A stretch of DNA of 64,000 nt, taken from NCBI RefSeq assembly GCF_963676685.1, contig NC_092349.1:31124001-31188000 (forward strand), written 5' to 3'. The stretch is from Mytilus edulis. Its lineage: Eukaryota. A model generated the notes under the pieces. That model made no database searches and had not been told where the DNA came from. It saw only the letters and a list, made by a program, of their open reading frames with translations. Shown piece after piece: positions 49,950 through 63,867 of the stretch (its first letter is position 1; each line of letters begins with the position of its first letter). The translations under genes were made by a program, and so were the position numbers.

Positions 49950-50700
49950 GAAAATTATACTAAAACCCTATTATTTTAGGATAAGTTTTAAATCAAATAA
50001 AAAGTATGGAAAAGTTAGAAAAACTAGAAAACAAAATTTAAAAATGCTTTCTTAAAAATAATAAATCATTTGAAAACTAAGAAACAGCAACCCCAACAGA
50101 AACTAGTAAACTGCTTTGCTATGACAGTTGTAACATATCTGTAACTAAGATTGACGCAAGACTTGGTATAACTTTTTTCTTCTTTTGCATCTATTCCTAC
50201 AGATAACGATGCTCTACGGATAATTATTGAATAGAACTACTTGATGATGACCTTTTTAGGAGTAGAATAAGATAATGCAATTGACAAATTAAAATCTGGT
50301 TAAAGTCCTCGACTAGATCATTTTAGCAAAGAGATGCTTAAGGCAGCTCAATGTCATATTAATACAATTTTACTTAATTTTTGTAATGTAGACTCTACCT
50401 CTGGTATATAACCCATTGAGTGTACAAACAAGTTTTGCCTATCCAATAATAAAAGAAAACGATGGATAAAAGCTAGAAGAATTGCTATAAACGAAAAAAT
50501 GGTTTAAATAATCAAATTAATATTTAAGTACAAATTTTGACAAATTCTTGACTGATAAAAACATAATTCATGAAACTCAAATATAATTTTTTTTTTTTAC
50601 CTCAGACTATATATTTTTACAGTAATGGAAGATTGAAACAATTTTACTTCCATATTGGAAAAGAAGAATAGAATGTGTAAAGCAATATAATAGTTGAGTC
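49950..50700 (+). mobile_element. Highly degenerate non-LTR retrotransposon (LINE) fragment
   Basis: AIDKLKSG*SPRLDHFSKEMLK..LLNFCN..SGI*P resembles the K-S-P-G-x-D pre-RT motif. Confidence 0.5.
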
Positions 50701-50707
50701 TTTATTT

Positions 50708-52165
50708 GATAATACTGTGAATTTGTTGATGCTAGAAGCTTGATATCTTAAAGTCTCTACATTTGATATTTTTAAGCAAAATCAGGATAATTTTACAATC
50801 TTTACAACTCTGAAATACATGCAAAAGAGTAGTTTGATGATCAAAACCCTAGTTGTATTTAAGAATGTATTCATTTATATATATTTATATAATTATTATA
50901 TGATTTGCATATTAGGAAAAACATTAATAGGACTCCAATATTTGTTCTTGACGTTTGTTTTTTTTTCGATAGACGACGTTCGCCGAACTACTTTTCGTAA
51001 CCAATGTTAACAAGATGGCGTCGATTATAAAACAAGCCGGATAGACGTTATTTTCACCTCGCGTTAATCGTTAAAAACATAACACATTCGTTTGAAGGAT
51101 AATTACAGTTTTTGTAGTTTATATTTTATCAGATAGCAAATTTCATGGAATACATATGTTTGCGTTAACCAACAGGTTTTTTTTTATAATACTGTGAAAT
51201 TTGTTGATGCTAGAAGGCAGCTGTTTAAAAAGAACTTGATATCTTAAAGTCTCTGCATTTTATTTTTTTTAGCAAAATCAGGATAATTTGACAATCTTTA
51301 CAGCTCTGAAATACATGCAAAAAAGTATAGTTTGATGATCAAAACCCTAGTTGTATTTAAGAATGTATTCATTTATATATATTTATATAATTATTATATG
51401 ATTTGCATATTAGGAAAAACATTAATAAGATTGGTCGAGAGGACTCCAATATTTGTTCTTGATGGTTTTTTTTTTCGATAGACGACGTTCGCCGAACTAC
51501 TTTTCGTAACCAATGTTAACAAGATGGCGTCGATTATAAAACAATCCGGATAGACGTTATTTTCACCTCGCGTTAATCGTTAAAAACATAACACATTCGT
51601 TTGAAGGATAATTTGTAGTTTATATTTTATCAGATAGCAAATTTCATGGAATACATATGTTTGCGTTAACCAACAGTTTTTTTTGATAATACTGTGAAAT
51701 TTGTTGATGCTAGAAGGCAGCTGTTTAAAAAGAACTTGATATCTGCATTTTATTTTTTTAAGCAAAGTCAGGATAATTTGACAATCTTTACAGCTCTGAA
51801 ATACATGCAAAATAGTATAGTTTGATGATCAAAAACACTAGTTAATATTAAAGAATGTATTTATTTATATATAATTCTGATATGATTTACATATTATCAA
51901 ATATATTTATATGATTGGTCGAGAGGACTCCGGTAGTTGTACTTGACGTTGTTTATTTTTCGATAGACGATGTTCTCCGAACTTCTTTTCGTAACCAACG
52001 TAAACAAGATGGCGGCGATTATAAAACAATTCGGGCGGACGTTGTTTCACCTCGCGTTAATCGATAACATAACATATTCGTTTGAAGGATAATTACAGTT
52101 TTTGTAGTTGATATTTTATCAGATATAAAAATTTCATGGAAAACATATGTTTGCGTTAACCAACA
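50708..52165 (+). repeat. Tandem repeat, three units of about 480-500 bp
   Basis: ataatactgtgaa(a)tttgttgatgctagaag recurs at about 50709, 51186, 51686. Confidence 0.9.
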
Positions 52166-53954
52166 AATATATTCATATGCCAGGTCTATTTAAAGAAACT
52201 GATATAGAATTTACGTGTGATAGAGGTTGCGTGTGTGGAAAAATAAATTCCTTATCTCCTTATATTTTAAAGAATATAAGGATTAAACGCTTTTTTGAAG
52301 GAATTTATTGGTGTAGTTTCTTTATACGATTAAGCTTTTAAAACCAGGCAAAATTGAATATGAAGGTAACCCAGATACTTCGGATCAGTAAGCAGTTTAT
52401 ATATACTCTCCTGTTTAAACATATTATAAAGCGTATAAAACTCGACTAATATCATTCCTCGCGCCTTAGAGATTTAAACTCTGTATCGTTAACGTTTCCT
52501 TTTACAAAACCAATAAAAAGAACACAGGCATTCTAGTATTTTGTCTCTGTAAACTGTAGAACAGCATATATAAATTTACTGTTTTCTATTAATAAAACAA
52601 GCCTGATCAAAATTAATTTAGGCGTGTAAAATTCTATAAGCAATAACCCATTAGCGAATTACCTATATATAATAAAGGTCTATATAACTGTCCTTCGTGT
52701 TCTTTCGTTTATTTGTACTGTCACGTAATGTTGTCATATTAGCGGTATTTGTAAAATTGCCTAATAAGCAGTAGGGTTGGCTGGCGATAAAACCAGGTTC
52801 AAACCACAATTTTTTCATAAACTGTCTTGTTCCAAGTCAGGAATATGACAGTTGTTATCAACTACTCCGTTTGGTATTTGTTTTTGTACGAGTATAGGTA
52901 AATGCTATACTGGAGTAAATAGGCTATTTATTCATATAAAAATCAATGAAATTTGAAATTATTTAGAATTTTAGTCTAGAAACTTTCTTACCCAGAACTT
53001 ATTTATATCATCCCTAATATCATCCAAAGTTTTTATTTCTGGTGTCTCAGAACCCCCCACGTGGTACTATGGTAACGGCCAGAATTCAAAGCTGGCGTTT
53101 GAACGCGAAACTTCAAGAGCCTGGCGCACCCCAAAGAACTAGACAAATGAATGAAAATAAAGTTGTATTTGGTTGACAAAGATGTTATCTTTCCCGTAAC
53201 AGCTGTTAAAAGTGCCCTTTTATAATAAAAAATAACAGAAATGACATACAATCTAACCGTGGCCACACCAAAAGTCAACTATCTTGTCAATTTTTAAAAT
53301 GTTGTATTCATTTTAAAAACAAGAAACAACAATCTTGGTATTCATGAGCTTTCTAAGAATAAATATGCCAAGTTTTCAAGAGATCAATAAATTATTTTAA
53401 TGTGGTGTGCCAATGCGATCTTCATAGTTATGATATTCAAGTCCTTACGTGGCGACATTTAAACACTGAATTGAATCAGATCAATTATTCCCCTTTTTGG
53501 TGTAAATGTGCCGGAAAAGAAATAATCGACATTTTGATAGATTTTGACTAGAAATAGACACATTATAGATATAGAATAATGTTATTTTTTTCATTTTTAC
53601 TCTTGAGGTGTTAATGCATCTTAAAAAGTATCACCGTGCATACGAAGAGAAAAAAGGGGGGATGCGCTAACGTTATACCTTGTTTTAAGGAGCTTTCGTA
53701 ACCCAATGTGTATTTCTAACTGCACATGTGTGTCATATGTGTCGATTGTAAATAAAATTATCTTACTTACTTTCTTAAATTTATTTATCATTCGGTCTTA
53801 ACGACTTTTAGATTACCAAGGTTTGGCATATAGCATACGTTTACTTTGCGTTTAGTAAGTTATAGGTTATTCATTGAAATCAACAAATTATTAATGTAAA
53901 TTCTGTCATTATCATACCTTCGTATAATACTGTGATTATTGCAACTGTTTTCAG

Positions 53955-54056
53955 GAGGATGATACTCTCTTACACTTAGCTGTTAAAGGTGGATATATCG
54001 ACATAGTAAAATTGTTATTAGAACTAACAGATATAGATCCAAACAAAGTAAATGAG
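53955..54056 (+). CDS. Ankyrin-repeat exon A10 (identical to A7)
   Basis: ttttcag|102 nt open|gtatta. Confidence 0.88.
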
Positions 54057-56319
54057 GTATTAAATGTAGTTCTAGTCAGTTTGTTAATCCTTTGTTAATT
54101 CAGCACAGACAACCATCAAATTCCAACTCCGCAGAATGTTGCTAGTAAAATATATACCCAACTTTTTTACGTACTTAAGTCTTGAAACGCGAAAAGATGT
54201 ACTGATGCAAAACAAACCAAATGTTAAGATATGAGTATCTTCCGTCTATTTACATTTAGCTTTTAAAGGGGTAGTTTTAAAGAACTAGTTGTTAAATTCT
54301 GTGTCATTTGCTGTCTTATGGAGAATTGCCTTGTTCGCAATCATGCCACACCTTCTCATTTGATAGAGATATTTTTTTTGTAGCAGGTCGTTTTCTTTGT
54401 TATTAACTTTCCATTCAGCATTTGTACAGATGTATTTAACATAATTTAAAATACACGATCCAATGTATGACACTTTTGTTTCTCCTGCTATGTTATATAC
54501 TCAGACATTTATGAATGGAATTTAAGAATTAGTCGATGTGGATAGTTATATGTATAAGGTATTTAGTTTTTAGTTATGTTCATATCACACACTCTCAAAC
54601 TTTACGCAGCCAGACAGATAATCAATTTCGATTTTATATTTCGTCTTATGTGACTTTACATTTTATGACGTGAAACACACAAAGCAGTGCCTGTGGTTTT
54701 TAAATTTGAGAGATGCTTATGGTTTTTTTGTTAAATATTTTTTTGTTTTGAGATTGTGACACAGTGATGACTGATGTACCCTTATTTTGCCTAGTTTACT
54801 TTTTATGCCTGTTTTGTTCACGCAACATTATAGTTGATGAAGTTTTAATATGTTTAGTTTATTTTTTTCTCAGGTAAGAATGTCTGGAGACTTATAAAGC
54901 GTGAAGGAAAATTTTATAGTTAATAGTAGATTCATTTTGTATGTTGCCCTTATTATTGTTGAATGGGACTTGAAAGGAATGTTCACAGATGAACAAATAC
55001 ACGAGAAGTCTGTACATATTTGAACGTATTGGTCATAAATTTCTTGACATTTTCGTTTCTTACTTATAATTGACTTTCAATTTATTGGCTTCGAGCGTTT
55101 CTGGTACAAATAAATCAACAACAGGGATTGAAACATTGTATCGTTAACGTATGCCTTTTAAAAAAAGGGAACAAAGCCTCAAATGTAGTTTTTTCATTGA
55201 ATAAGGTATACGAAATATTTTGGCGGTTATTTTTTTGGCGAATTAATTTTTTTTATCAATACGTTTGCATATGCACTTTTAAATAGGCGGAATTTATTTT
55301 GGCGATTTTGTTCCATCCGCGAAAATAAGCGAAAATTTACACACCGCAAAAATAACCTGCTATACGGTATATTAATTAAAAAAACCAATCAATGTGTTTA
55401 AAGCTCTTGAAATCCTACAAACTATAACCCATGAACAAGTTTTATATATATATATATATATATATTAACAAGGTCTTTACTTATACAAAGTTTGACTCTA
55501 AATTTAACATGTATAAAAGCTTGAAAAAAAAACAACAGATTTCAATTCCTTTTTGAAAACTAAAATGTTAACACTGTTGAAAAACAATCAGATTTTTCTA
55601 TTAATCATATTTGAAAAACTATTGTTTTATTTTCAGTCATAATATATTCTAAATTAAACAGTAATACCACTGTAAAAATGTTTTGAAATGTTCAATTCTA
55701 TAATGTTCTTTCTTAATCACTTACGTTACATTTATAGGCATTTTGTAAAAAAGTTTCATAACTTTGAATATCAAACTGGTTTTTAACTTCATTTCCCAAT
55801 ACTCACTTTCCATTCTTGGATTTTTTTCTTGCAACATTGGATGGTTCAATACTGATATGGCATTACCCTAACACATAACTTCTAAATTAGAATAAGATTT
55901 ATTTCAAAATTGTATTTAAATACTTTTATTTGTGATCCCCGTTTATTAAACTGTGGCCAACGAAAGTAGATCTTTTAGGTCCTTTATATTCTACGCTTTT
56001 CCGTAAGAACGGTTAGCTTTTTTAACATTTAAATTTGATGAAGGGGTTTTTATTTTAATACATGGCATCTAAAGAAATGAAGACTCGATTTTTAAGTCGC
56101 TTGACCTTGTTTTATATTCTCACGCTACATTTTATTTACGTAATTCAAATTAACAGTTTCGAAGGAATTGCGATTTATTAAAATGGTCTCTCTATATGCA
56201 AACGTTCACTTTTTGTTTAGTTAGCTATAAGTTGTTCATTGATATTATTACTTTTTTTGTGTAAAGGCTGTCGTTTTCTTACCTTTGTATACTACTGTGA
56301 TTATTGCAATTGTTTTCAG

Positions 56320-56421
56320 GATGCTGATACTCCCTTACATTTAGCTGTTGAAGGTGGATGTCTAGACATAGTCAAATTGTTATTAGAACAAACAGATATA
56401 GATCCAAACAAAGTAAACGAG
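56320..56421 (+). CDS. Ankyrin-repeat exon A11 (DADTPLHLAVEGGCLDIVKLLLEQTDIDPNKVNE)
   Basis: ttttcag|102 nt open|gtatga; overlaps ORF 56239-56427. Confidence 0.92.
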
Positions 56422-58293
56422 GTATGATATGTAGTACAAGTCAGTATTGAAATCCATTTTTATTCAGCTTAGACAACCATCAAATTCAAGCCCTGTTGAC
56501 GATAATGCTAGTAATATATCTACCCACTTTTGCAACTTTCTATAACATTATAATGTCAAATGATGCTATGAAGCAAAACAAATAAAATGCTTAAACATAC
56601 TCGCTTTTGGTTTTTTGAACTTTGCTCATGATGACACATGTGGTCCAGGATCTGCTTATCCTTTCGGAGCACCTAAGCTCAACCCCACGTATTGATAGGG
56701 TTTTCGTTGCTGAATCTTTATGGTTCTATATTGTGTCGTGTGTAGCATTGTTTGTCTGTTTGTCTTTCATTTTTTTGTCAGTTTAGTTTTGACCTATGAG
56801 TTTGAATGTCCTTGTGGTATCTTTCGCTCTTCTTATATTTAGGGATCAGGTAGTGACTTAAGCATGAATGTCTCAGATTTTGATGAAAAATTGTATAAAT
56901 CATCTAAATAACATGTTATAATAAAAAAGTATGTTTCAAGAAGATGCGGTTGCAATGGAAACAGAACCATATGAATATTACAAAGTAACAAGTAATGATC
57001 TTTAAGATAAAATCCCCAATTTTTACTGTTTCCATTAGTAAAATGGCGTATTAAATTATAATCGTGGTACCTTTGATAACAATTAAGCATACATACATTT
57101 TGGTATTTTATACTTTGCCGTTAAGTGTCAGTTTGCTTAGGATGCCACAAGTGCTGCATAATCTGCTTACCCTTTCGGATCACCTACGATCACACCCAAA
57201 GTTTTTGTAGGGTTCTTGTTGCTAAGTCATTTGTGCTCTATTTTGTGTCGTTTTTACTGTTATTTGTTTGTTTGTCTTTCACTTTTTTGGCAATATCTTT
57301 GTCAGTTTACGTTTGACCTATGCATTTGCATGTGCCTGTGGTATTGTTTGCCCCTCTTTTATTTAGGGATCAGGTAGTGACTAAAACACGAATGTCTCAG
57401 ATTTTGATGAAAAATTGCATAAATCATCTAAATTACATGTTATAAAGAAAAAGTACGTTCCAATAAGATGCTGTTGCTATGTAAACAGAGCCATATGAAT
57501 ATTACAAAGCAACACGTAATGAAGGTTAACATATAATCAACAATTTTTCACTGTTCCCATTTGACATGTTTATATTTTTTTCGTTCGGGGTTTAGGGTTA
57601 ATATAATCCGTTCATCCTATTGCGACTCTTCAAAATTCAAGAGTCTATCCTAAATTGAGGTTGATTATTATGGATCCCAAATACCGTTTTGATTTCTTAC
57701 AGCACTGCATATATATTAATTGCTAAATCCGGATACGGTGTACCAATTTTTGCTCCTCGTGTTCTCGGTATACAATCTTGTCAGCAAATTTATTGTTTTT
57801 TGTTTGGTATTGAATTAATAATTAAGATCTTTTTCATTACATCTGTTGATCTGTTTATTTGTCAATCACCGTGGCAGTCATCAGGGTCTAAAAACAACCG
57901 TTGTTCGACATGCTAGTCAAATATGTTTTTTTTTTCAAGTTGACAGTTTCAGAGGAATTTTGATTTATTAAAGTCGACTATATATGCATAATTTTAATTT
58001 GTGTTTAGTAAGTTGTAGGTTTTTTTTGAAATCATCAAAATATTTATGTAAAGTCTGTCATTATCATACATTTGTGTAATATTCTGAATATTGCGACTGT
58101 TTTCAGTATGATGACGTAATTCAAATTAACAGTTTCAGAGGAATTGTGATTTATTAAAACAGTTACTTTATTCATACGTCCACTTTGTGTTTAGTTAGCT
58201 ATAAGTTGTTCATTGATATCATCATATTTTTTGTGTAAAGGCTGTCGTTTTCTTATCTTTGTATAATACTGTGATTTTTGCAACTGTTTTCAG

Positions 58294-58395
58294 TATGAAG
58301 ATACTCTCTTACACCTAGCTGCTGAAAATGGATATCTAGACATAGTCAAATTGTTATTAGAAAGAACAGATATAGACCCAAACAAAGTAAATAAG
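58294..58395 (+). CDS. Ankyrin-repeat exon A12 (YEDTLLHLAAENGYLDIVKLLLERTDIDPNKVNK)
   Basis: ttttcag|102 nt open|gtatga. Confidence 0.92.
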
Positions 58396-59614
58396 GTATG
58401 ATATGTAGTACTAGTCAGTATTAAAATCCTTTTTTTCAGCTTCAACCATTAAATCCAAACCCTGCTGATGATGTTGCTAGTAAAATATGTACACAACTTT
58501 GCAACATACTATAATATTGAAATGTCAAAAGATGTTTTGAAAAAAAAGTAAAATGCTTAAGCATACATACATTTTGGTATATTATTCTTTGCTGTTAAGT
58601 GTCAGTTTACTTAGGATGCCACATGTGGAGCAGGATCTGCTGAACCCTTTCGGAGCACCAACGATCACCCCCACGTTTTGTAGGGTTCTTGTTGCTGAGT
58701 CATTTGTGTTCTATTTTATGTCGTTTTTACTGTTATTTGTTTGTTTGTCTTTCACTTGTTTGGCCATGTCTTTATCAGTTTACCTTTGACCTACGAGTTT
58801 GAATCTCCCTGTGGTATCGTTCGCTCCTCTTTTTCATAAATCATCTAAATTACATGTTTTAAAGAAAAAGTACGTTTCAACAAGATGCTGTTGCTATGGA
58901 AACAGAGCCACATGAATATAAAAAAGGAACACGTAATGAAGGTTTACATTTAATCAACAATTTTTCACTGTTTTCATTAGACATGTTTATATTTTTTTCG
59001 TTCGGGGTTTTGGGTTTATATAATCAGTTCATCCTATTGCGACTCTTTAAAATTCAAGCGTCTATCCTAAATTGAGGTTGATTATTATGGATTTCAAATA
59101 CCGTTCCAATATTTGCTCCTCATGTTCTCGGTTTACAATCTTGTCAATTTTGTGTTTAATTGAATTGATAATTAAGATCTATTTCGTTACATCTGTTTAT
59201 CTGTTTATGTGTCAATCACCGTGGTAGTCAGCAGGGTCTAAGAACAACCGTTGTTCGACATGCTAGTCAAATATGTTTTTTTTCAAGTTGACAGTTTCAG
59301 AGGAATTTCGATTTATTAAAGTCGTCTATATATGCATAATTTTAATTTTTTGTGTTTAGTAAGTTGTAGGTTTTAATTGAAATCATCAAATTGTTTATGT
59401 AAAGTCTGTCATTATCATACCTTTTGTGTAATACTCTAAATATTGCAACTGTTTTCAGTGTGATGACGTTATTCAAATTAACAGTTTCAGAGGAATTGCG
59501 ATTTATTAAAAAAGTTACTTTATGCATAGGTTCACTTTGTGTTTAGTTAGCTATAAGTTGTTCATTGATATCATCACATTTTGTGTAAAGGCTGTCGTTT
59601 TAGTACCGTTTTAG

Positions 59615-59677
59615 TATCTATACATAGTCAAAATGTTATTTAAAAAAACAGATATAGATCCAAACAATGTAAATGAG
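59615..59677 (+). pseudogene. Half ankyrin exon A13 (YLYIVKMLFKKTDIDPNNVNE); original acceptor and helix 1 deleted
   Basis: 63 nt homologous to codons 14-34, donor gtatga intact, preceded by duplicated cgttttagta. Confidence 0.8.
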
Positions 59678-62600
59678 GTATGATATGTAGTGCAAGTCAT
59701 TATTGAAATCCTTTTGTATTCAGCTTAGACAACCATCAAATTCAAACCCTGTTGACGATGTTGCTAGTAAGATATGTACACAACTTTGCAACATACTATA
59801 ATATTGAAATGTCAAAAGATGCTATGAAGCAAAACAAGTAAAAAAGCTTAAACATACATATATTTTGGTTTATTTTACTTGCTGTGAAGTGTCAGTTTGC
59901 TTAGGATGAAACATGTGGAGCAAGATCTACATGTATAGAAGAGGGACGAAAGATACCAAAGGGACAGTCAAACTCATAAATCTAAAACAAACTGACAACG
60001 CCATGGATATAGGATTGATCATAATATGTTGTTAATATATTATAAATCAAAGTTCAACTATAAAAAAAACACAAACAGATTTTTTTTTTAAATATCAGAA
60101 TCCTAAATTTTCGTTATATATTGTTGATTCATATATCAAACGATTTTCATGCAGACATTGTGTTGGAAACCATAGAGAGATGCAATCAAGATTAACAAAG
60201 GAAAAATATACAGTTGATATGTTATGCTCATACATGTTCACACTATACGGACTAAAAACACAGGAGTGTGCTCCAACAAAGTTATGAGATGGAAATATCA
60301 AAAATTACATTCCGTAAATTTTATGGACACCATCACGAATTGGTTGATCCATACAATGTGTCTAAACTAACTAAGGACATGTTTTCACGTCTGAGATTGT
60401 GGTTTACAATTTAAGTCGTCTGTTTTCTGTGAGTACCCAACCTTACCTATTACCGAATATGACTGTTTTGCTGAGTGTGAATTCGCATTGCTATAAGACA
60501 TTTCTCGTTATTTGTTTATCCAGCGTTCATGTATTTAGTTACGAAGTCTTTTTCAAATTCTGATCGAATATTGTTTTTTCATAGTGATTTGGAAGAAAGA
60601 TCGACATAGTTAGTTGCACAATTAATAACACAATTCTATATCACTATTCTTGTTAGTATTATAAAGGTTTACTTACAAAAGTAAATTTACTTAATTTGGA
60701 CACTGTTTTATAATTGTCTCATTCACAACCATGCCAAATCGCCTTATTTATATTTTGTGATGCACTTAAATGCACTTTAAAGCTATTATTATTTTGCAAT
60801 ATACCTTACACTATGCATGTACAGATTTAAGACTTTCCCATATCGATGTGCAGCATTTGCAGTAAACCACACAACATGCTGGTAAAATTTCCAGTTTTGC
60901 TTATACGTTAAAAAGTGTAGGTCTTATTGAAAATTGTTTTCAAAAGAAAAAGAAAATTACAAATTATTGCATTTATTTATTCTCACCTTTTTAATTAATT
61001 ACTGGGCAAAATAAAAAAAAAATATATGCCTATTCAGAAAAAGCTGAATCCAATTACATTCATATTTATCTTATTTCCTAATGTGAATTCTGATTATTGC
61101 GATACTCAACCAATCTCAACATTTTTCTCAGCATTCAAAATGTTCAGGATTGATTGATATTTATCACGACTTCATATCTTGTCTGTTATTGCGATTGAGG
61201 ATATTTTTGCAAGGTCAAAAGTAATTTCTGCATAAAATAGAGGCTAAGCTGTCGTCGTTCTCTACTGAAATATTAGTTTATTTGAAGACACGCTCTTTCG
61301 TTATCAAATACATTATCCAATGTATGAACAGTTTGTTACTCCTGCTATGTTATATACACTAAATAAATATGAGAATAAGTCGATATGGATATGGATATGG
61401 ATATGTATATACATAATGTGTTTACTTTTTAGCCATATACATATCACGTGGAATTATGTCAAACTTTACACCGCAAAACAGTAAATCAATTTCGATTCTT
61501 AAAGAATAGTTTGTGTTTAATCATAATTGCCATTTACATCAAATGTTTTCACATAATACAAGCGTTATAGTTTATGAAGTTTGGTTTGTTTAGTATAGTT
61601 TTTTTTAAAAGTCAGAATGTATGACGATTAAAAAGGCGTCCAGGAAAAGTTAATGGTTAAAAGTCGATTCTCTTTGTATGTTGCCTTTATTGTTGTTGAG
61701 AGGGACTTGAAATGACTGTTAACAGATGAACCAATACATAAGAAGTCTGTATATATATATATATATATTAAAGTTTTGATCATTAATCTCTTCACATTTT
61801 CCGGTACTTACTTATCATTGACTTCCAAATAACTGGCGTTGATGTTTTGAATCATTTGTTAATTTAACTCAGACAACCATAAAATTCAAGCATCGCAGAA
61901 TATTGCTAGTAACATATATACCCACCATTTCAACGTATTTAAATCTTGAAACGCGAAAAGATGTATTAAAGCAAAACAAGCTAAAATGCTTAAACTTAAA
62001 TATTTTGCGCCTGTATACATTTATTTGTGAAGAGGTTAGTTTAAAAGAACTTGTCACATTATTGCCAATCATATTACATGTTTTCATTTTTATAGAGATA
62101 CGTTTCAGTAGAAGGTTGCTTTTTTGATTTTGTACTTTCCGCACATTGGTGCAGATGAATGAATAATAATTTCAATTTAAATACATAATCCAATGAATGA
62201 ATATTTTGATACTCTTGTATTTTATATACACAAAGTATATATGAGAATAAGTCGATGCTGGTATATATATATATATGTGTGTAATATGTTTACCTTTTGG
62301 TCCTGTAGATATGCAATGTCATACCTTTAAACTTTATACATCCATTTCGATTCTTAGAAGTCCGAATTTCGAAGTTTAGTTGTTTGTTTAATCACAACTG
62401 TCATTTATCTAAATAATTTTACATAACAAAAACGTTATAGTTTATGAAGTTTGATATGTTTAGTTAAGATATTTATTACGTAAGGATGTCTGGAGATTTA
62501 AAAGGTGTCAAGAAATATTTTATAGTTAAGTATGGATTCCTTTTGTATGTTGCCTTTATTGTTGTTACGAGGAAATTGTAAGGGGTGTTTAAAGATGAAC

Positions 62601-63134
62601 CAATACATCATAAATCTTTATATAATTGACCGTTTTGGTTATAAATCTCTTCATATTTTTTATATTTACTTATCATCGACTTTCAAATAATTGGCTTTGA
62701 GCGTTCCTGGTACAGATAAATCAACAATAAGGATTGACACGCTGTATCGTTATCGTATAATTTGTCAAAACCAATACAGAGAACACAACGGGAAATGTAG
62801 TTTTTCTCTGTATACTCTAGAACAGCATAAATCAATTTATCGTTTTATATTAATAAAAAAGTCTGATGACAATTTATCAATGTGAATAAGGTCTTAAAAG
62901 TCTACAAACAATAACACATGGACGAATGACAAGTTTCATATACAACATGTATATTATTACCTATCCAAAATTTTGCTTTAAATTTTACATTTATAAAAGG
63001 TTGAAAAAAGGAACGGATTTCAATTCTATTTTTGAAAACTAAAATGTTAAGACTGTTGAAAAACATCACATTTTTAGTCTGTCATCTTTAGACCTTCGCA
63101 TAATACTGTCATTATTGCAACCAACTGTTTTCAG

Positions 63135-63236
63135 GATGATGATACTCTCTTACACTTAGCTGTTAAAGGAGGATATATCGACATAGTCAAATTGTTCTTA
63201 GAACAAACAGATATAGATCCAAACAAAGTAAATAAG
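63135..63236 (+). CDS. Ankyrin-repeat exon A14 (DDDTLLHLAVKGGYIDIVKLFLEQTDIDPNKVNK)
   Basis: ttttcag|102 nt open|gtatga. Confidence 0.92.
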
Positions 63237-63867
63237 GTATGAAATGTAGTTATAGTCAATATTTTAGTGATGTGTTAATTTCGCTCTTTAACTTTTGCGT
63301 TAACACGTAACACATTTTTAAGAAATATATTAATTTAGTGTTTTTAATTAAACTTATTTGTGATTACCGTTTGATTAAGATGTGACCAGCGACAGTATAT
63401 TTCGACCATTACATTTTATGACATGGACTTAATTGCACATTTGTCTTCTGACAATGGGGAGGACAATAATACACCTGGCAATGAGAATGTTATTATATAC
63501 ACATTCAAGTAAAACTTAATGCTCATTTTCAGTCTCAGAGTAATAACGATTTAAAAAAAGGTTTTTAAATAAATAATTTAAAGCGTGCATCCTTACGGTT
63601 TTTTATTTAAATTATCAAAAAGTAAAATCACAAAATATCTACCTCCTAGGTAAATTCAAAACGGAAAGTAGTCCGTTATCAAATATCAAAATCAAAAACT
63701 CAAAGACATCAAACGAATGGATGACAACTGTCATATTCCTGACTTTGTACAGGCATTTTCTTATGTAGAAAATGGTGGATCAAACCTGGATTTTAATCAA
63801 ATTATTTTGTAAAGTTTGTCATTTTTAGACCTTAGTATAATACTGTGATTATTGAAACTGTTTTCAG

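Larger units (their letters stand above)
51962..61424 (+). repeat. Segmental duplication copy B (contains one extra exon unit relative to copy A)
   Basis: Colinear with 40681-48710; additional internal repeat of about 1.35 kb (about 57410-58840 vs 58840-59930). Confidence 0.9.

Noticed and set aside
40827-53278. Duplicated ORFs 40827-41057/52147-52341 and 41749-41994/53033-53278 as conserved genes
   Set aside because: Similarity is explained by the recent segmental duplication; no splice or domain evidence
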